DNA of 64,000 nucleotides, taken from contig NC_135660.1 in NCBI RefSeq assembly GCF_964188315.1, positions 64,666,001 to 64,730,000 of the forward strand. Reading direction: 5' to 3'. The stretch is from Podarcis muralis (taxonomy: Eukaryota). The translations under genes were made by a program, and so were the position numbers. The notes beneath the pieces are model-generated. The model saw only the letters and a list, made by a program, of their open reading frames with translations, searched no databases and had not been told where the DNA came from. Of this stretch, positions 25,651 through 39,515 are shown piece by piece. Within the stretch, counting starts at the first letter, position 1. Every line of letters begins with the position of its first letter.

Positions 25651-26177
25651 ACAGCATGCAGAAGCAAGCAAGGAAATGACTTGGTGTCTGTTTCAGTTCC
25701 TTCCCCTCATAACATATACCCAGCCTTTCTTTAGAAACGTGATCAGATGACTAAAAACAATAAAAAGCAGAAACTAAATGAAGGTTCTGCTTCAGTCAGT
25801 AATTTCGGCTGCCGTTGAAGAAGTTGGCAGTTTTCAATGGCATTACTGTGAGTGCGAAGGGAACAGTTAGAAATGTGCTGCCCCAGTATTTTAATTTTAA
25901 AAACTGCTCATTTTAATACAGCTTTTTACTCAGGATTCTGGGCACAGTTTTTACTGAGGAAAAAGATCCATTTAATGGCCACCTGGTGTGAACATCTGAT
26001 GCAAGATTGTGTCAAGGTCACTCTGTGCAGAAATTCACTGAGTAGTGGCAAGGTTTTCCAACATGTACACCCTCTAGTGCTAGGGAAACATGCATCTAGG
26101 CCCTCTCTGAAGGAAAATCTACCCCTTTTTATCCATGCCCTTTTGTATCAAAACTGGTCTCTGATCTGGGTCTAATG

Positions 26178-26358
26178 GAAGCCAGTGTGGCACAATGGTT
26201 AGAGAGCAGGGTCTGAATCCCCACTCAGCCATGAAGCTCACTGAGTGACCTTGGACCAGTCGTCATCTCTTAACCCAACCTACCTCATGTTGTGAGGATG
26301 AAATGGGGAGGAGGAGAACCATGTACACCATCTTGAGAGCCTTGGCAGATAAAGGTGG

Positions 26359-26404
<46 letters not shown>
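26178..26404 (+). mobile_element. MIR/CORE-type SINE with (AAT)n tail
   Basis: gccagtgtggcacaatggttagag ... gtgaccttggaccagtc ... cctacctca ... gttgtgaggatgaaatg. Confidence 0.8.
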
Positions 26405-29400
26405 GGAGCATGAATTGCAGCACCCACGTTTGCTGGTGAGGGGCCTGTGACTCTAATGGTTGATATTAGGATGAGGCAAATTAGCTTTGTTTTGTTCTAA
26501 TCTGAAATTCTTGAAGGTGTTTTTACACTGATAGCCTTTCTTAACTGTCTTTTCTTGGTAAAGGGTTTCTGTGCTTGCAGTAGAACCACCTTAATAAAGT
26601 GCTCAATAGTTTTCACCCAAGCTCTGGTGAGTAGGTAAGTGCCTCTTTTTTCTGCTCTTTTAACCTTTATTAGTTGTAGAAGTAGTTTGTGATTTGGTAT
26701 TGCATTGATTTTTAAAGTGTGTCATAATGTCACTTCTGAGCACCTTAAAGTATGATTCAAATATTGCATATAAATAGACACATCAGTCTCGTAGGGTTTG
26801 TACAGGTGGATTGCAGCAAAGCAAAATAATACGAATGACCAAGCAGAATGTAGTGAGCACTCTCTACAATGGGGAAATCCCCAGCTGATTTCATAGGGAC
26901 AGAAAGCACTCTGTGTCTCTGTGGTGCCATGGGAAATCCCAGCGGCGTGAAAATTCCCTTCCTCTGATTGTTATGCAGAGTCAAAAGCCATGTCTAAAAA
27001 GGTGGATTGTGAAATGAAACTGTACAAACAGCTTTGAGTGGCAGGTTTGGGGGTTTGTTTTTAGCCCATTGGAAATCAAGAGTGAGTGGTTAATAATAAC
27101 ACTGAGAGAAGCCAGATGCAAAAGAATATCCTGCACCTTTGCCAAGATGCACTTGCTGAAATCCTTTCTTTTACACAACTATTAAAGTTGCAGGAGCCCC
27201 CACCCTTTTTTTACCTGACCACTCCATATGTATTGCAACATTAATATGCCCATCAACTGTCCCAGAGAAAAGGAACATACCATTTTTTTCTTGTGGTGGG
27301 AGGTGGCCAAATGGCCACTGCAATCTTGCACAATTTTGGGCCACACTCTTGCCCTGAAAAAAGCCCTATCTTGCACCGCACCTCTAATCAAACATTTTTG
27401 GGCACCATGCTGGAAAAAGTGGTGGTTTGGGGGGGGGGCACACTTTTGCGTGGATTATGTGACTCACACTGGAATGCAGCCCTGGAAGCTGGTGTCCCAG
27501 TTTGGAGTCACTTTGTATTGGAGGAGATGCACTAAGGTTATAATCACAAGACTGCAAAATTATTGTAAAGGTGAAAGAGAGAGAGAGAGTACAGAAATGA
27601 GAAAAGAAAAGCTAGTGCTGTGTCAAAATCTATCCTCCACTTTCTAGAATCCACATCCCACCTTTCTCTACAAAAAAAAATAAATCCATTTTTTCTGCCT
27701 CATTCTTAGGCGCTTTAGAAATTGGTGCAGTCAAAACATTTTGGTCTATGGTTTTCCTGCTGGCTAGGGCTGATATGAGTTATAGTGCAAAAAATCTGGT
27801 GGGCCTTATGTAGGTGAGGGCTGAGTTAGAGCAAGGAGGGGAAATGTTATTCTGATTTGCAGAACAACTTATCCCAGGATGAGTGTAAGAAAGCATTAAA
27901 AACACACAATGAAGCAGCTCAATTTCAGTCAAAAGTTGAAAAGCATCAATTCCCATAGCTTTCCCTGGGCAGGTCTGTGATGCTTTTAAGAGCTGCGTGT
28001 CAAAACAGCATGTGAAACTTCTGCTCCCACCACTGCATCTCCATGCTGGAAAGACTCTTGCCTTGCACGCCAGCACAGCAGTTAAAAGTCTGCACAGAAA
28101 GTCTATTCAAAAGACTTGGCAAATTGACCTTCATGGTATGCTCTCCCTGGTTAGCCCAAATCCAGGAACGATGTAAAAATCATATCCTGTTTCTGCAAGA
28201 TACTTTAGAATTCTCCCTCCACCCAGCAATACACACACAGGTTCAGTGAATGTGTGAAAAGTGAAGGGGGAATGTAGTCACTGGAGTCTGTGCAATGCAC
28301 AAAGGAGCCTCTGCATCCTTACAGCAGAACACGTATAGGCTTCCCACCTGCTCAAGAAGACTGACTTGAGTCTTTTGGAAAGCCACTGATGGATCACTGG
28401 CTATTTTCCACCCGAGGCAAAAAAGCAATGAGGGAACAAGCGGGGGGGGGGGAGTCAAGCCACACTGCCCCATCTCAACAAGACAATGTGATCATTGGCC
28501 TACAGTTCCCATCCCTCCCAGACTGCTAGCCACACTTGCAGGAGCTTGTGGAAGCTGGAGTTCAATAACAGGAATGACTTATCAGAGGACAGAGCACATG
28601 ACCTGCATGTAGAAATCCCCACTTCAGTCCCTGGCATCAGTCAGATTCCTCCTTCATGTCTGTGGGAAAAACCCTGGAGAGCTGCCACTAGCCACAGTAG
28701 AACAGGCTGTCTTGGATAAGGCGACCTTATACTTAGAAGTCCCACTTCTACCGAATGCATTGAGAGAAGGCACATAATGATAGATGCTCCCTCTGCTTCC
28801 CCTTTTGTACTTCTCAGTGCAACATTTCTACAAATTAGCAGAATAGTTAGTTCATTCACCCTCAGATCTCCCTCAGTTTGTTCTGCTATTTATGTCCTGA
28901 AGAGCTTGCTACAGTCACTTAACAACTGTTGTGTTTGTGGTTCTTTTCCCCCTTCCTTGCAATCATGGGTTACTAATCTCTGTTATCAGGTCTGTATGGT
29001 AGGGGTGGGGACCTGTGGCTTGCAGATGGAGGACTCCAACTCCCACAAGCCCCTGTCAGCACAGCCAGAAGTGAGGGAGGATGGGAGCAGCAGTCCAACA
29101 ACATCTGGAAGACCGCAGTTTCCCCATCCATGCTCTAGATGATATGACATATGATTAAGCATTAAGTCATAATACTTATGTGATAAGATAAGATACATGT
29201 AGTAGTAATCATCATCATCTAATGAATGAACATTTCACCCTTTTGATTCAGCCACTTATTTACCTTTGAACTTGATTATCACTTTTAGGTGATAATCAAG
29301 GGCAAAAGTCTCCATATGAGCCCATGGAAGCCACTGTCAATCAGCAGGCTAGATGGACCATGGTCTGATACAACCTCGCCCCACCTGTTGTTTAATAAAA

Positions 29401-29720
29401 TCTTTAGCCTTCACCCCATTTGTGTGTCCATTGTATTTGGAATCCAAAATGGCAGTACATGGGCCCCCTGGCATTGCAGAGGTTCTGCAGCTGCCCCAGA
29501 CTTGGAGCAAGAGCACTGATTCTCCCTTGATTGTCATCTGAAAGAGTTTCATGTCTGTCTCTAGTCTATTTTTGGACTCTCCTAGATTTGGATCCAGATC
29601 TGTCTGTGGAGAGACTCTTGCATAATAGTTCAGCTTGGGGGTGAAAGGGACTACAATGTTTGCTCAACCAGAACAGAGTAAGCACGTTGATTATTGAAGT
29701 TCAGGCAGGGTCTGATTATG

Positions 29721-29723
<3 letters not shown>

Positions 29724-29757
<34 letters not shown>
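29724..29757. repeat. (CT)n microsatellite
   Basis: Pure dinucleotide run; another lies at about 34272-34304. Confidence 0.95.
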
Positions 29758-29760
<3 letters not shown>

Positions 29761-30001
29761 TCATTATCTGCTATTTTATTTTTATTTATTAAAAGATTTT
29801 CACAAAACTCACTGAAGTGGTGTGCAACAATCTAAAACAATATAACCACACAATATACAATAGCAATATACACATCACACAGTAGGCCAAGAATAAACCA
29901 CAAAGAATAAGTGAGATGATGATGATGATCAAAGGCCTGCAAGTGCTCTGGTGGACAAGAATGGTTTTAATTGTTGGCAGAGACTATTAAGTGTTTTACA
30001 G

Positions 30002-30340
30002 CAGGGGTGGCCAACTTCCAAGAGACTGCAATCTACTCACACAATTAAAAACTGGAATTGATCTACCCATTTTTTTGGGGGGGGGGTTAGGTCAAATTTG
30101 TTGAGCATTTTTTAGCGAGGGAAATCCTGTTGGGGGGGGGGTCAGGGCAAAGGAATAAATAAAAAAGTCACACACCAAGAGATTGCTAATGAAACAGTCA
30201 GCCTCTCAGCAAGAGCTCTGTCTTCCGGTATAGCGATCTAGATGGCAGGGCCAGAGGAAGGAGCCAGCAATTGTCCTCAATCTACCAAAACCTCCCAGGG
30301 AGTGATCAGTAGATCATGATCGACCTGTTGGGCATCCCTG
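30002..30340. mobile_element. hAT-type MITE
   Basis: TIRs caggggtggccaac / gttgggcatccctg. Degenerate 8-bp TSD ttttacag / ttctacaa. Confidence 0.75.
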
Positions 30341-30899
30341 TTCTACAATGACTAACAGGATCAGCTGGAAAGTCTCTTCCAAGTGACGGGTTTACTTAAG
30401 GCTTAAGGCACAAAGTTACTAGATAGTCTTAGGCAAGACACTGCCCTCAGGAGTCACTTTTGTTCCCATTCTTCTACCACGATGTGCAAGTTCTCCTCAC
30501 TGACTCAGCTGATGCAGGTAACAGCTCAGTAGTGGGGAAGGGGTGTGTGTGGTTCAGTCCTGCTACAGCTGCAGTAGCTCATGGAGAAAGCAAGGACTGA
30601 CAACATCCATGGAAAGCTCTTTGCATTTCCATTATGTGTGCTGACAAAGAGAGTACCATTCTGACCACATGGAAATCAAGCCATTTGCTAATCCATTGCT
30701 ACATCATTCCTGATAGGCAGCCATTCAGTTTTGGTCCTGAAACCTCTACAAAAAAGGGTCTGTCTTCTACTGTTCAGTTTAGCAAGCGTTGCTTAAATGG
30801 GCATATAACCATGTAAGGCATGAGCATCCTGTCCTCTGTGTAATGAGAAGAACACTAGGACACATCTGGCACCCAATAAGAAATTCAAGCAAGGCAGAG

Positions 30900-31060
30900 A
30901 TTGGTAGAATTGGTAGAATACTCCTCATCAGTTTGTCTAACCCTCTTTTAAAGCCATCCAAGTTGTGGCTGTCACTACATTGAGTGGGAGTGAATTTTGT
31001 GGCATAACTGTGTGTTGTGTAAATAAGTACTTTTTTTGGTTTGTCTTGAATTCTCCAACA
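30900..31060 (-). mobile_element. CR1 LINE 3' fragment
   Basis: ttgtctaaccctcttttaaagccatccaagttgtggc is the reverse of the CR1 DGFKRGLDK motif. Confidence 0.75.
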
Positions 31061-31789
31061 TGTGTGAGTGATCGTCTATATTATATTTATTTGCCAGACA
31101 CAAACATTCTCCAGCAGCTTACTGTTATAATGAAATAATGCAATGATTAATCAGTAGATTGAAAGAATTAAAAAATAGATATATGAGATCTTTGGAAGTC
31201 TTAATAGGCCTGGGAAAATAAGACAGGTCTCTTCCCGGCATTGATATTACCCCAGAGAAAGAGCCAGGATATAACTCGATCCATGTGCTCCTAAAGGAAT
31301 GCATTTCTTGGCCATTCTTACTCTACAAATCTACATTGATTTAACAATCAATCTCCTGCCACCCAGCCTCCTCAATGACCCTGGGAACTATAGTTCCAAA
31401 TTATGGTTCCTAGGATTATTGGTGGGGGCAGACAGTCATGATGGTGAGAAGCAACATACGTTTGTGGTGTAGATAAACACTGTGGGTGGCATCCCACAGT
31501 TAATTCTGCTCAGATTAGAAAATAATGGTTGTGGCTAATTTAGCTCCACTCTCTCTTAATTTAGTTGGACACAAGCCAATGTATTCACCCATCAAGGCAG
31601 GATGATGAGTATCTTTAAAGCTGTGTTTATGGAAGACAATCTTACTCGGCTACAAGTGATCGCCAGAGAGAAGAGAGAGACCCTGTACATACACGGGTGC
31701 ATTGTCCTTCAGCCGGTGGGTTGAGTTGCAGACATGGGCTACATTCTGAGCTAAGTAAGCCCCAGTAGGAACACTGCAATATTATTTTG

Positions 31790-31985
31790 AAAAAAGGAAA
31801 GCACTTCACATGGCACACAAACGATGGAATTTGCTACCACAAAAGGTAATGTTGTCCGCCAGCTTGGAAAGGATTAAAAGAGGATTTGACAAATTCATGG
31901 GGAATAAGGCTATCGGTATCCAGAAGGGCTATTTTCCACCTCCAAGATCAGAGACAGGGTTCTTCTCAAACTGTCACTGTTCTGT
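31790..31985 (+). mobile_element. CR1 LINE 3' fragment
   Basis: ttaaaagaggatttgacaaattcatggggaataaggctatc. Confidence 0.7.
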
Positions 31986-33395
31986 GGGAGGCCAATTAAG
32001 CTCTGTGTGATTGAAGTGGATTAAAGTGCTCTGTCGGCCAAAGGGCAGCTAATTCACTTCAAAAGAAGAGATGGACTTTTTGCTGTTAGGGAAGTGCCAG
32101 GGAAATGCATCAAAGAGTGTGGGATGAACAAATGACTAATGGGAAGACATATGAGCACAAATAAACAGAGCAAGATGAATGTGGGATGAAAACTTAACAA
32201 CTTAAGAAAAATACCCAAAGAAATACAAGATATAACATCTGTGTAGGCTTTGTGCTAGCACCTCAGGATGATTGCTCAACAAGTAGGCCATCTCAAGGAG
32301 CTCCCAGTAGCCCATGGAATACCAGTTGTTGGGGAACATGAACAGGAGAGAGTGCTATTGCACTCACATCCTCCATGTGGGCTTCTCATAAGCATCTGGT
32401 AACATATTGTGTTCTTATGGAAAAGAAACAGAGAGACACACAGAGTCCAAAGCAGAAGGAAGATCGGGTTCCTGTACCTTTAATGATTGTAGCAGAAAAA
32501 AGAATTTCATTGATGGTGGATTTTCTCAGCTATGCATAGCTAGCTACATCTACTAAAAGTGTACATGTTTCGTAGTTATTTTGTAGGTATGCAGCAACCC
32601 TCTCTTCCCTTCTATCTGGGTAGGGCACTCTAGAGAAGTCTTTTTAAAAGAAATAAGTCAAGGGTTTGTCCCAAGTTGCAGTTAATCTTGGATCCTCAGT
32701 AGGAAAAGGTTAACATCTACTGCATTAGAACTTGGCATTTAACAACAGTCTCTCCTCTCCTCTTTCTCCTGCTGGGAAATCAGAATTCCATGCTTCCTAT
32801 TTCCTGATTTGAAATCCAGGCCAGCAGACAGGACTCTTTTGAGTGGGTGGTTTAAACATGATTGCTCATGTGCCAATTCCTGTTCTTGTGCTGCAATCCG
32901 AGGGGAAGTCCTCTGACATTGTGTCTTGATGGTGAATGGAAGCTAGAATGGGGTGTGGTGTGGAAGCCAAAAGTGGGGGGGGGGGGGGACAGAACAAAGT
33001 ACAAAAGCATTAATCTGACCTGAAACTTGTGGCATGTTTGATCATGAAATAGAAAACAAACTGTATAACAGGAAAGTGTATGCATACGTGCGTGTGATGT
33101 GCTCCTTCTCTCTAATATCTGGGGACAGAAGAAAATCACTAGGCCTTTCACAGCTAGTGAAGAAAGAAGGCCATGTTTGAGCAACAAACACCTACCTGTC
33201 TCTAGACCAAAGATTCTAGGCATGTGAGAATTTTTGCACCCGTAAAAGAATTACACCAGTCTGCCCTTTGCAAGTTCTTGTGCACAAATATGCTGGAATC
33301 GAAGGTTGCTTAAGAATAGAACTAACATGGACACCATATCTGTAATTCCTACTGTGGGCAGCATATTCTATGGGAGAATGTGTTGGATGGTTGTC

Positions 33396-33432
<37 letters not shown>

Positions 33433-33483
33433 TAAATTATAGCCCTTGTACTGTGTACAGTTTGTAGCTCTTTTACTCTATAC

Positions 33484-33619
33484 CAGGGTTTCCCAAACTT
33501 GGGTCTTCAGCTGCTGTTGGACTACAGCTCCCATCATCCCTAGCTAGCAGGACCAGTGGTCAGGGATGATGGGAACTGTAGTCCAAAAATACCTGGAGGC
33601 CCAAGTTTGGGAAACGCTG
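33484..33619. mobile_element. 136-bp palindromic hAT MITE with perfect 8-bp TSD CTCTATAC
   Basis: ctctatac|cagggtttcccaaacttggg ... cccaagtttgggaaacgctg|ctctatac. Confidence 0.92.
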
Positions 33620-34268
33620 CTCTATACTGTTTCTTGCTTTAGAACTGGTGCCCCAACCAGGTGCAATTTACCATATGGCCCTTTCCTCTGTAGCAGAAGC
33701 CCGGATAGTAGCAGAATGTGACCCTTTCCTTCCTCTTCATTCTCCTTTTGTCTAAGACAGGAGTTGCTAACATTGTGCTTGCAGGCAAAATGGTGCCCAT
33801 GAGGTCTTCCCCTGGCACAAATAGAGCTTCTGAGCCTCTCATTTAGTTATGAAGTAGTGAGGGTGGTTATCGATTTTCTCCCTTGAAAAATACGAAAGGG
33901 TCGAAGGAAGAAGTTGGAAGAGTGATGCTCTTTTCCACTTCCTCTTTCTGCTTGACATATTTTTCAAGACTCAAATTAATTCTATTGGATCCAATTTTTA
34001 CCCAGATCCCTTGGAAAAGTGAGATGACTGTACTTTGGCTAGTATAGATCATAAACTCTGTTCCAATGAAAGAATTACGGTAAGCTTTGCTCTTCACTGC
34101 CATTTAACCATTAAGTACTAAGGGCAATATATGCACAAAACAGTTCTTGCTTTTTTTTGAAAGCATGGTTAAACAAGGGACTTTAACTATGAAGACCAAG
34201 AAGCCATGGGACAATGATTTGGAATGTTCAACCTATATAGATCAGGGCCACATATGAGCTTTCTGTCA

Positions 34269-34311
<43 letters not shown>

Positions 34312-36731
34312 TCTTTGGCCAACAAGATGCTGTTTGTGCTAATCAGCAGCTCTGGGGAATAAATAAGAGCTGGGGGGGGGGGGGGTTAGCTGGAAGCTGG
34401 GGGGGGTGCCTTGTGCTATATCAATAGCACATTGTGGATTGGTAGCTGCTTTCAAAATAAAGGTGGCCCATTTAAGAACTTTTTAAAACAACTTGTATAG
34501 TGTGCATTTGGATAGTAAATGGAAGAAACAGGGTCTAATCTTTGGGAAGTGAGCTGAGAATACACACTCAAGCATTTGTAATTATACAATGATTTCCAGT
34601 GCATTCTGTCAGGCTACACAGATGTTTGTTTGTTTGTTTTAAAAAAATTATTAAAGATTTTCATGAACCACAAAAGAACGTGCAATCTCTCTCTCTCTTT
34701 ATGTTCAGGTTGTGTTTATAAGTTTTTAAAAAAATCACTCAGTCTAAACTATTATTTAGAGAGGATCTGCAGGATCACATTGTCAATCTCTACTGGCAAA
34801 TGCATTTATGTTGCAACCCCAAAGATGGTTAGCTGGTAGAAAGTCTCACTGAACTCAGTATGATTAATCATGAGAAGACATGTGTCAAATGCTGTTGCTT
34901 CAGATACTATTGGGGGTGTTCTTTTTAAACTAACCACATGCACATGTCATTCTTTCACCTTCTGTCCTTTGTTAGCCTAAATATGTGGTTGGGCAAGATG
35001 AGAACAGTGTCAAAGGAGTAAGTTGGCCCCTCCATCATTCCAGTAACTATTTTAAATACATGGGCATGCTCCAGATGGGTTTTCTGTTAAAATAAAAAGG
35101 ACTCAAATCAAGCAGGCAACTGGGTGCTTAAATCCTATCTGTTGCAATGTGTTTTAAACATGCCTCCTTAAGAAGACAAAGTGTTCAGCAAAATGCTAAA
35201 ATCTACCATGGTGACTTATAAGCAAAGAACTTTATTTTTTTATGTAGTGGCATGCGTAGGTCCTACGAGCATTTCAAAAAATGTTGATCTCATGTTACTT
35301 TTGCTTTGTGATTGGTTTCTATTTCCCATTTGCCTCTCCTTGTTGTTGCTCTGTTCAGATGTTTTTTATTATTTCACTCTCTACTCAGCCTCATCTCTAG
35401 ATTGTATGGGGGTGGGGAAGGAAAAATGTTTAAAAGCACAAGAGAATACATGCAGAATGGAACACAACGTGATTAAACGTGACAAACATACAAACAGCAT
35501 TACAGTTACTTCACACCACCCCAGTTAACACCCATCGCCAAACAGCAGCCCAAATAATGCTGTTTTGCTGAGCTTTCTGAAAGTTCTGCATCTCAGGTTT
35601 GGAATCTGGAAAATCTCAAGGGGAAGAGTGTTTCAAAGCTGGGAGGATAACTTTTCCAGTTGTTTGAAATGATGGGCAGTGCAGCCAAGACGATTAACCT
35701 GGTTCAGCTTAAATGTAATAATAGAATATAGGGGAGAAGGTGGTCTCCAAGCCACGTGGGAGACATGTGGCCCTCCAGATGTTGTTGAACTGCAACTCCC
35801 ATCAGCCTCAGCCAGTCTGGCCAGTGGTCAAGGATGGTTAGAGCTGCAGTACCACAACATCTGGATGGCCATGTGTCAGTGTCGGATATAGGAGCCAGCT
35901 GTCTGTCATCTAGCCTGTATGCCAGCTGTCTGTCATCTATCCCTCCCTTCTGAACTGTATTTAAGCCAGGTTCCATAGAGTGAGGCCAAAGCAGCATCAG
36001 AAACCTTATTATCGGTTAACTCTTATTTTGCTATGGAGTTAAAGACTAGGTTGTTTTGTAATATTGAATTTGTTTGATGTTTGTCAAATTCTTTTTGTCA
36101 CATAGCATGTTCTCTGTTTGGGTATATTTTGGATTTCTAGTGCTGTGGCATTTTGATGTTTTGAATGATTGCTATAGGATGCTTTGGGCAGAGCTCATGG
36201 TGGGGAAAGTGGCTTGTAAGTGAAGCAACCCGTCAATTTCCCAACCTTGCGAGTTACATAGGCTCCAAGCCATTCAAGGAAGGTTTTTTTTAATATACTG
36301 TATCCCACACCAATTACAGCTTCAATACAACCAAAAGAGTCTTTAAGAGAGTGTATTATTGTAGTCCAGCCTCAATATTGCAAAAGCATTAATGAATGCC
36401 CCCGGGACTTGATCATATAGAAGGCATCCTCACCTGGGAATGCGAGTGCCACTCTAGCTTATATTTCTTCTTTTTAAAATTTTCACTTATTGATTGTGAT
36501 GACTGAATGCAAGACTTGTACATATTTCAGATAAAGCATTCCTGGATGGAGGATAGATGGGTGTGTGCAAGTGTCTGTAGAAACTGGCCCACTGTATAAA
36601 GGCGAAGTTCATATTAGTTCCTTCACTCACTTTTGCCTCTGTTCCCATCTACCATGCACATGTGGGCTGCAGCCCTTGCACTCTCTACCCTTGGAGCTAC
36701 GAAGGCCACTGCTGCTTTAAAAAAAAATAGG

Positions 36732-37140
36732 TGTTAGGAATTCCATTCCACCCTTTGCTGCAGATATGTGGATTGTTACAGGTCACATGTCTGTTTACAT
36801 TCCAGCATAGATTGCTGGCATGAGCAGAACTTCCGCTCTGTATTGCTTTTGTTTTCTGTGTCTCTCTGAGACGAACGGCAAGGAGAGAAGCCATGTTTTC
36901 TTTGTCCTGATATATGTATAATAAATGCGTAGCTTAGTATCGTGTCCATGCCTCAAGCCTCATCTGTTGTGCAGTTTACACTGCTGAGTAATGTGTGCTC
37001 AAGCCTGCTCTGCTGCTTGAGTCACAGATGCACATCGGAGGAGAAGAGGTCGATGGATCTCCACAGTGGCAAGGCTGAGAAGGGAGATGCTCCAGCTGGG
37101 GCTGAGCCAGCTGGCTTTTCGTCCCCCGATTCCGATACCA
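36732..37140 (+). mobile_element. Solo LTR of the same family as 11104-11540
   Basis: Starts tgttaggaattcc (compare tgttagaattcc). Shares the gagagaagccatgtt and aataaa blocks and ends ...gatacca. No clean TSD. Confidence 0.65.
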
Positions 37141-37185
37141 GGTATAGACCAAAGCTGTCGTCTAAAGAGACTAGGAGATCAACTT

Positions 37186-37350
37186 CTATTCTATCCAGAG
37201 CAGATGGAGGCAAAGGCAGTTTGCAGGCTCTTTATACTTAGGGGAAGTTGGAGTAAAAAGAGACCAGAACAGACTGTTTTTACTCCAACTTCCCCTAAGT
37301 AAAAAGAGCCTGCAAACTGCCTTTGCCTCCATCTGCTCTGGATAGAATAG
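37186..37350. repeat. Near-perfect inverted repeat: 74-bp arms (37186-37259, 37277-37350), 17-nt loop, 1 mismatch
   Basis: Checked base by base; the only difference is ggctcttt[a/t]t. Confidence 0.98.
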
Positions 37351-38984
37351 CAATTGATTCACCCATAACCTGTGAGTGTCCTGCTGTAGCCAAACATGCC
37401 TTTCTTCTAATGCAAGTGACAGTCTGTGCTTTTTTAAAAAATAATCTAATTGATTCAAGATTTTCAGCCTGAAACCATTCCTTCCAATGACCTTATTGTT
37501 TTCCTCTAACCACCACCTACTCTAGTGACTGGTCTTTATAGATTTGTTACTTAATATGCACCCACTGCTTCCAAGCAATCAGAGGTTCATTGTGTACATA
37601 TCCCCTGCTTCCCAGATTTCTCCTCCTGACTACTAGTGACTTTATTGCTAGATCCATCTGCTAACAATTTGAGAAAATGCAGCAAGAGACAATCATGTAA
37701 TTTCTTTGTCCAAAGAAGATGGTATTGTGCAAGTACAGCTTGTTTGTTGGTCTCAACCAAGTCTCTGTTTGTAAACAGTTCTTAAATGAAGCATTGTTCG
37801 TTAGCTGGAGAAAAACAATAGTCATCATTGTTTAAAGAGATTTGATGGTGGCTTAATGGAGAGTACCAATAATGTTCACTTACTTTTCTTTTGCTTCACT
37901 GTCATTTTTGCTCATATACTTTTCTAGGGCAGGGAAAATAATTTGAGTTGCTCTGAAGAACTGCCCATACATAATTTGAGTTGCTCTGAAGTGTGCCCAT
38001 ACGTTGCACAAGCAACAATGGCTCTCTTGACTATGTTTCTCCCAGCAGGAACATGAATGCTTAGTAAACCATGTGAGAAATCTGACAAAAACAGTAACAG
38101 GAGAAGAAATGTTCCCTTATTTGTCCCATTCCAGAAGAGAAATCAATCCAGCAAATACAATCGGTATTTGCTGCTGCTGTTGGTCTCCATCTGTAAAGGA
38201 TATGTAATTGGTTACTCCCCCTACCCCACAGTTGCATTGTGTTTCCTTTGTAATTAAATGAATGGGGTGGAGTAACAATGCAAATTTAATAAATACAGGG
38301 CTTTTTTCAGCCAGAACTCAGTTCTGGCACCTCTTTTTCTAGAAAAATAGCACTGCATAAATGTCACAATTTCACCATAGCAGGCAGCAAGATGATTAAT
38401 ATATATTTTTGGCTGAAGATGAACTGCAACAGAATGGAAACAATGCTGCATGCGACAAATACAAGGTTGATCAGAAAACAATGCTTTTTTATATCCCTAG
38501 TTATCCCTAGTTATATCCACATTCTCACATGCTAGATTGACAGCTGGCACTGGGTGGATTGACCATTTTATGTTTGTGCTTTGTTCTGGTTATCTCCTCC
38601 CATTTGTATCTAATTGGACCCTGAGGTTCAGTGGGTGGCGACTAGGGAAGGGACCTTTTTAGTGGTGGTACCCTGGTTGTGGAATCTCTCCCAAAGAAGC
38701 TTATTTTGCACCTACTCTGGAGTCATTTTGATGTGAGGCAAAGAGCCTTTGCTCTTTCCAGGCCTTTTGAAGGTCTTGGAGCTGATAATATTTAAAATTC
38801 TGTTTAAATCTGCTTGTTTTGTTTTGTTTTAACATTATTTATATGTTAACATTTTAGTGATGCTGTAAGCTACCCAAAAAACAATGTTATCAGGTGCCAG
38901 TCATCAAATGCAAAGAAGCCAAGTAATGCATGTGCAAAATAGGCCCAAGAGTTGCCTAAATATATACTGGCCCATTCCAGTGTC

Positions 38985-39515
38985 TTGGAATCATAGAGTT
39001 GGGATCTTGTAGGCTCTGTAGTACAACTTCCTTCTCAATGCAGGAAATCCAGAGCTAGAGCATCTTCAACGGATGACATAACGGTCTCTCCTTGAAGAAC
39101 TCCAGTGAGGAGTCCACCACCCATCTAAGTAATTGGTTCCATGGTCAAACCATGAAGAAATGTCTCCTAATCTTCAACCACATCCTTAAACCTCTGATCC
39201 TGCTCTCTGGGACATGGTCTTCCTATGACTTGTTCTCTTTTACGTGACCGTTCCTCAGGTATCTGCACAGTGCTATCTTGCCCCCACCAATTGCTTTTTC
39301 TCCAGGCTAAAGATACTCAGTTCTTTCAGCCTTTCATTTTTCTCCATGCTGCTATCTTCTGAACCCACGCCAGTCTGTCTTCATCTTCTTTAAAGCCAGG
39401 AACATGGAATGAACACACAACCCCAGGTGAGGTCAAACTATGTCAGAATGAAGTAGAGCTATTATTTCTAGGAAATGATGCTACTATTGATACAACCTAA
39501 AATCACACGAGCCTT
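38985..39515 (-). mobile_element. CR1 LINE 3' end (RT C-terminus and tail), decayed
   Basis: gaatcatagagttgg tail, ctccttgaagaactccagtgagg and tttttctccaggctaaa. Confidence 0.85.

Noticed and set aside
33867-34103. 78-aa minus ORF (considered as an endogenous viral fragment) and an overlapping plus-strand 74-nt exon-like segment (34006-34079)
   Set aside because: I recognised no viral protein motif. The exon-like segment has stops in all three frames and no partner exons. A TBLASTN/BLASTX would be needed to revive it.
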